Source of the DNA: an uncultured Clostridia bacterium
Lineage (GTDB): Bacteria; Bacillota; Clostridia; Christensenellales; UBA1242
Direction of reading: 5' to 3'
Length of the DNA: 64,000 bases
NCBI GenBank assembly: GCA_944372585.1
Contig: CALVZQ010000003.1
Location: 93,467 to 157,466 of the forward strand
Shown here: in pieces, positions 59,199 through 64,000 of the stretch
Layout of the letters: every line of letters begins with the position of its first letter
Position numbering within the stretch: position 1 is the stretch's first letter
Notes under the pieces: model-generated
Seen by the model: only the letters and a program-made list of their open reading frames with translations
Databases searched by the model: none
Told to the model about the DNA's origin: nothing
Translations under genes and position numbers: made by a program

Positions 59199-62100
59199 TT
59201 ATATCCTTTTTGCAAACTTAACAATGATGAAACCATCTCCAACCTCGACATTCTTTTCGATGTCAGGTTTTTCAATCTTTTCAACTGCACGAACAATCAA
59301 AACTTCTTGTTTGATTTTGTCCATATAATTGTAAAGCATCGTTGCAAGACTTTCGTCAGCAGTTTCAAAATATGCATAAATTCTGTCATCGATAGAAAAA
59401 TCTGCTTCTTTTCTGAGCACTTGAAGTCCCCTGACAAATTCGCGATACAAACCTTCCAAAATCAAATTTTCGTCAAGAGTGATGTCAAGCACAACAGTGT
59501 TGCCATTTTCATGAGCAATCACAAAGTCGGTCTTAGGTTTTTTCTCCAAATTGAAAAGTTCACTGTCCAAGTCTTTAAATTCTCCAACTGAAACTTTTCC
59601 ATTTTTGTAGTCCTGCATAACCTTCTTGTTTTCTTCATCAGAAAGTGACGACAAAACAGTTTTCAATTTTTGAACTTCACCTTTCAAAACTGCTCCTGCT
59701 TTTTTGAAGTTAACAGACAAATATTCATCATTAAACTTGCTGTCATCAACAACACATTCAAGTTCTTTGACATTCAATTCTTCTTTGATTATGTCTTCAA
59801 AATCAGAAAGCACTGAAACAGTTTTGTCTCCACCTGCAACATACATGATGCGAAGAGGTTGTTTAACTTTGATTTGATTTTCGTTTCTAAGTCTTTGAGC
59901 GGTTGACATGATGTCTCTTGCAATCTTTGTTCTTTCCAAAATGTCCCCAAAATCTTCGTCGTAAATCTTTGTTGGGAAACCGCTGAGCATAATGCACTCA
60001 ACTTCTTTCTTTTCAATTTCTCTAACCATATTTTGCCAAATATATTCTGTCACAAATGGAATGATTGGAGTCATCACCCTAATCATTGCCTTGATTGCAC
60101 TATACAAGCACCAATATGCAGTCAACTGGTCGTCTTTGTTCTCACTCTTCCAGAATCTCTTACGATTGCTTCTGATATAATAATTGGAGATGTCATCAAC
60201 CAATTTTTCAAAATCACGAACGACAACAAACTGCTTGTCGTCGGCATAATTTTTGTCACTGTCTTCAACAAATTTGTTTATGCTCTGAATGAGCCATTTA
60301 TCTGACACCAGCAAATTCTCTGACTTTGGTTTGAATCCTTCAAGAGCAGGATTATCAATGCAAGCATAGGTGTTGAAGAATGTGTAAATGTTCCAGAAAG
60401 CCAAAATTTTTCTTCTTGCTTCGTCAGTCAAAGTGAATCCAAATCTCATATCGTTGCTTGGACTTGAAGAAGAGAAAAGATATCTCACAACATCTGCTCC
60501 AACCTTGTCAGCAACAATATCTGCTTCCAAAGAATTTCCACCACTCTTATGGAACTCTCCACCGTGTTCGTCTTTGACATATTGATATGTCACAAGTTTT
60601 TTGTATGGAGCTTTTCCAGTGAGCACGACACTCATGATGAGAAGTGAATAAAACCAAAGTTTGATTTGTTCAATCATTTCGCAAACATAATCACTTGGGA
60701 AGTTTTCTTCAAAAAACTTTTTGTCAGTGAAATATTTCTTTGTTGAAAATGGAGTGATTCCCGCATCAAGCCAAACATCTCCAACATCTGGAACACGACA
60801 AACTTCTTCTCCACAATCACACTTGATTTTGATGTCATCAATCCATGGTCTGTGAATGTTTGGAAGTTTGTCCACGAACTCTGGATTGATCGCTCTCTTT
60901 TTCAGTTCTTCAAGTGAACCAATAACGTGCACTTTGCCACATTTTTCACAAACATAGAAAGGAAGAGGAAGTCCATAGAAACGACTTCTTGAGATGTTCC
61001 AATCTCCCATGTTTTGAAGCCAGTCAATCATTCTCTTTTTTGCATATTCAGGCTTAAATTCAACATCTTCAATTGCTTTGAGAGCCATTGGTCTGATTTC
61101 ATCAATTTTGATAAACCAACCAGAAACCAATTTATACACCAAATCTGTCTTGCATCTCCAGCAGAAAGGATATGAATGTTTGTATTTGTGTGCATAGAGA
61201 AGTTTTCCATCTTCTTTCAAACGATTAACCACCAAATCAACAACATCAGTTGTCTTTTTTCCAGCAAGGAAACCTGTGTTTGGAAGCATAACTCCCTGCT
61301 CGTTGATTGGACAAATCTCTGGAAGTCCCAATGTTTGTCCCAAATCAAAGTCTTCTGCACCACAACCTGGAGCAATGTGAACAACACAGCTTCCTTCCAC
61401 ATTGTCAACTTCGTCCCAAGCAACAATTTTGTGTGCAAAGTTTTCTTCTGGAAGTTCTGGGAAACAAGTTTCATATTCAAGCCCAACAAGTTCTGCCCCC
61501 TTAAACTCTTTCAAGATTTTGACGTCTTCTTTCAAAATCTTCAAGCGGTCTTTTCCAAGAACAAGTTTTTCTCCGTGAAAATCAACTTCAACATAGTCAA
61601 ACACTGGATTGACAGCAAGAGCGACATTCGCAGCAAGAGTCCATGGGGTTGTTGTCCATGCAACCATTTTGAAATCTTTGTTCTTGACTGGAAGTTTAAT
61701 GAAAACTGCAGTATGTTCCACTTCGTGATAAGAAGACGACATTTCGTGTTCTGACAAACTTGTTCCACAACGAGGACACCAAGCCATTGGTCTGTTTTTT
61801 CTGATTATCCAACCATGCTTGTCACATTCTTTCAAGAAATGCCAGATTGAAGTGATGTTTTCATCAGTGTTGGTGTAGTAACTGTTATCCCAATCCATCC
61901 ACTGTCCCATTCGAATTGATTGGTTTGTGATCTCGTTTGCAAAATATTTCACTCTTTCCATACACTTGTTTGTGAATTTGTCAATTCCATATTGCACAAT
62001 CTCAGGCTTTCCATTGAGTCCAAGTTCTTTTTCAACATTAACTTCCACCCAAAGGCCTTGTCCATCAAAGCCGTTTTGATATTGACAATCTTTGCCCTTG

Positions 62101-62318
62101 AGAGCATTGTAACGAATTGTCAAATCTTTGAGCGTTCTTCCCCAAAAATGGTGAATTCCAAGACGATTGTTTGCAGTTGCAGGACCATCAAGAAACTTAA
62201 ATCTGTCATGTCCAGCATTTTTCTTTACCAACTTATGGAAACTGTCATTTTCCTTCCAAAACTTCAAAATTCCTTTTTCTAACTCCACAAAATTTGGAAC
62301 TGTAACTTCTTTTTTCAC
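59199..62318 (-). CDS. ileS: Isoleucine--tRNA ligase, type 2, GXHH variant
   Basis: GTG start after AGGAGG; DGPATAN..LGIHH, WTTTPWTL, DWNISRSR, EFHKS; type-2 C-terminus without zinc finger; Ile T-box upstream. Confidence 0.95.
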   Translation of the reverse strand: MKKEVTVPNFVELEKGILKFWKENDSFHKLVKKNAGHDRFKFLDGPATANNRLGIHHFWGRTLKDLTIRYNALKGKDCQYQNGFDGQGLWVEVNVEKELGLNGKPEIVQYGIDKFTNKCMERVKYFANEITNQSIRMGQWMDWDNSYYTNTDENITSIWHFLKECDKHGWIIRKNRPMAWCPRCGTSLSEHEMSSSYHEVEHTAVFIKLPVKNKDFKMVAWTTTPWTLAANVALAVNPVFDYVEVDFHGEKLVLGKDRLKILKEDVKILKEFKGAELVGLEYETCFPELPEENFAHKIVAWDEVDNVEGSCVVHIAPGCGAEDFDLGQTLGLPEICPINEQGVMLPNTGFLAGKKTTDVVDLVVNRLKEDGKLLYAHKYKHSYPFCWRCKTDLVYKLVSGWFIKIDEIRPMALKAIEDVEFKPEYAKKRMIDWLQNMGDWNISRSRFYGLPLPFYVCEKCGKVHVIGSLEELKKRAINPEFVDKLPNIHRPWIDDIKIKCDCGEEVCRVPDVGDVWLDAGITPFSTKKYFTDKKFFEENFPSDYVCEMIEQIKLWFYSLLIMSVVLTGKAPYKKLVTYQYVKDEHGGEFHKSGGNSLEADIVADKVGADVVRYLFSSSSPSNDMRFGFTLTDEARRKILAFWNIYTFFNTYACIDNPALEGFKPKSENLLVSDKWLIQSINKFVEDSDKNYADDKQFVVVRDFEKLVDDISNYYIRSNRKRFWKSENKDDQLTAYWCLYSAIKAMIRVMTPIIPFVTEYIWQNMVREIEKKEVECIMLSGFPTKIYDEDFGDILERTKIARDIMSTAQRLRNENQIKVKQPLRIMYVAGGDKTVSVLSDFEDIIKEELNVKELECVVDDSKFNDEYLSVNFKKAGAVLKGEVQKLKTVLSSLSDEENKKVMQDYKNGKVSVGEFKDLDSELFNLEKKPKTDFVIAHENGNTVVLDITLDENLILEGLYREFVRGLQVLRKEADFSIDDRIYAYFETADESLATMLYNYMDKIKQEVLIVRAVEKIEKPDIEKNVEVGDGFIIVKFAKRI

Positions 62319-62341
62319 GAATTTCCTCCTAGATTTATAAT

Positions 62342-62635
62342 AAAAAGCCTTGAAAGTTACAAGAACCCTCAAGGCATTTTTAAACCACTTGTAAACTTTC
62401 AGTGTGCCAACACACACCTGCTTAAACTCACGGGAAGCCACCGTCTTCGCCTATCACCAATGAAGCGGAGGATTTTTTGTTCATTTTAAACAAACATTCT
62501 CTCACACATCCACTCACATCATCGATGCTTCGGAAAGCAACTTGAAAAGTGATAATTTCAACAACTTCATATTGCCTTTCACCAAACGGCAACTCTCTGA
62601 AAATCCGTGCATCAAAACCTTGTCTTTTCTCAAAC
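62342..62635 (-). promoter_or_regulatory. T-box riboswitch (Ile specifier) upstream of ileS
   Basis: - strand CAGAGAG and GGTGAAAG loop motifs; specifier GAAATTATC (ATC = Ile, 62553-62551); terminator gccttgagggtt / aactttcaaggc plus U-tract. Confidence 0.85.
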
Positions 62636-62736
62636 GTCTTTAATTTGTTTTTTTAATTTATTCAGTTTTAAATTCTCAAAATACTCAAGAATTATTGTCA
62701 TTATACACAAACCAGAAATCAATGTCAAATATTGTA

Positions 62737-63495
62737 TTAATAATTCTCCAATATCTTATTCATTTTCAAGACATCTGCACCAGTCATAATGCCAAGAGGT
62801 TTTTCTTTTGCCCCGCCATTTTTTGTAACCAAAATCGCCAAAAGTTTGGAATTTTGATGGAACAAAGAAAGGGCTTGTTCAACTGTTATGTCTTGATTTG
62901 CAAATGCGTAGTAATTGCTGTTTTCAATTTTTGAAAGCATATCCTCAATTTTGACTGCATCAAGGAAAGTGTCACACTTGCCGCCTGCAAGCAAATATTT
63001 TCCCAACGAATCCAAAATTTTTTGACCATTAGCAATGCCAATGATTTCATTTTCGTCGTTAAACACAGGCAAATTTGAATAATGAGATTCCGCAATCAAT
63101 TTGATGACCTCTCTCATAGACTTTGAAGAATTGACAGACAAAACATCTCTTCTTGCAACAGTGTCAAGAGCACGAGGTGGAGTTGTCAAAAGCCTTGCAA
63201 TTTTTTCAATTTTTTCCACAACGTCTGTGTGAGGTTCTGCAATGATAAAGTCATCATTTCCGTGAACAATGGCATTTCTAAGTCTTCCATAACTAATCAA
63301 ATCGTCTTCATATTTTCTTACCGTATAGTTATAAGCAACAGCCTTTCTAACCGCCTCTGAAAATCCCATACTGCGGTTCATGTTATAGCGTGTTTTGATG
63401 GTGTAATCAATGTCATTGAATGCTGCCAAAAACTTCATAGCATTAGACTTTTCGACAGTATCCTTGACATATGTGTCATTTTGATTTTCGTCCAT
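62737..63495 (-). CDS. CBS-domain protein
   Basis: N-terminal RLRNAIVH region followed by a CBS pair (YSNLPVF..., LGIMT..D). Confidence 0.85.
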   Translation of the reverse strand: MDENQNDTYVKDTVEKSNAMKFLAAFNDIDYTIKTRYNMNRSMGFSEAVRKAVAYNYTVRKYEDDLISYGRLRNAIVHGNDDFIIAEPHTDVVEKIEKIARLLTTPPRALDTVARRDVLSVNSSKSMREVIKLIAESHYSNLPVFNDENEIIGIANGQKILDSLGKYLLAGGKCDTFLDAVKIEDMLSKIENSNYYAFANQDITVEQALSLFHQNSKLLAILVTKNGGAKEKPLGIMTGADVLKMNKILENY

Positions 63496-63653
63496 AAATT
63501 CCCCTTTACATTAAAATATAGCATAAAAGGACAAGAAAATAAAAACGAATTAAAACATTTGATAAAATTAATTACAAAATAATTTAAAATATTATATGTT
63601 TTGCAACAATCACAACTCAATATAGTATAAATCCCGAATAAAAAAATCCAGTC

Positions 63654-64000
63654 TCAACTTGGAGTGAAATTCAGAGAAGAATTTGAGCCAAAGTAAATTT
63701 CAGGAATCTCCCCAACAATAACACTCTCAGCCACCAAAACTTCTGTCACACTGTCAATGGTTGCAGTGTATGCTGGCAAAATCATGCTGACACTTGCATA
63801 AAGTTTGATATAAACAGTGTGGCTTGTTTGATTAATTCCCGCACTTTTCAAACTGCTTTCAAAAACAGAAGTCATAGCCCCAATAGGCACCAATTTCAAA
63901 TTAATTTTCGGCCCCATTCCCGAAAAGAATGGTAAGCCTGTAAAAGTTCCAAGTGCAACATCAATTCCGTTTTTGCCCATATTGTCAAGATAGACCTGTG
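63654..64000 (-). CDS. yunB: Sporulation protein YunB (partial, starts beyond right edge)
   Basis: VALGTFTG...GMGPKI...AGINQTSH...AESVIVGEIPE. Confidence 0.9.
   Translation of the reverse strand, partial: QVYLDNMGKNGIDVALGTFTGLPFFSGMGPKINLKLVPIGAMTSVFESSLKSAGINQTSHTVYIKLYASVSMILPAYTATIDSVTEVLVAESVIVGEIPEIYFGSNSSLNFTPS

Noticed and set aside
62319-62441. N-terminal extension of IleRS given by the ORF track
   Set aside because: It falls within the T-box terminator region; the real start is GTG at 62318 after AGGAGG
1-64000. Alternative genetic code (stop-codon reassignment)
   Set aside because: Conserved genes translate full length with the standard code and several end in TGA or TAG; sense-codon reassignment was not tested systematically
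1-64000. tRNA, rRNA, transposase, integrase or phage genes
   Set aside because: None recognisable in the intergenic spaces or the ORF set

Overview
This 64 kb window is AT-rich chromosomal DNA from a Gram-positive bacterium, most likely a spore-forming Clostridia member with a streamlined genome (inferred from yunB, a T-box, sigma-A-type promoters, and gene order). Most genes lie on the - strand and belong to housekeeping clusters: yunB/CBS/ileS/pepF, tlyA, rpsB-tsf, frr-uppS-cdsA-rseP, rimP-nusA-infB-rbfA-truB, efp, lepA-hemW-ylxM-ffh-rpsP-rimM-trmD-rbgA, rplS and lysS-nth-obg. I found no rRNA, tRNA, CRISPR array, transposase or prophage. The most unusual locus is the slot normally occupied by pyrH. 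It holds a 644-aa protein with mTERF-like repeats, a perfect sigma-A promoter and its own terminator, followed by a promoter-flanked 122-bp tandem repeat that folds into hairpins with DNA-type motifs. Other notable items: a Rho homologue lacking Walker A and its C-terminus; a PolC reduced to N-terminal, OB-fold and exonuclease parts; an AT-rich PvcA/DIT1-like gene with a G9 tract inserted between ffh and rpsP; a GXHH-type IleRS2 under a T-box with a non-canonical antiterminator; a Tdk fusion; and a tandem-domain ThyX. All family assignments come from reading motifs by eye; no database searches were run.
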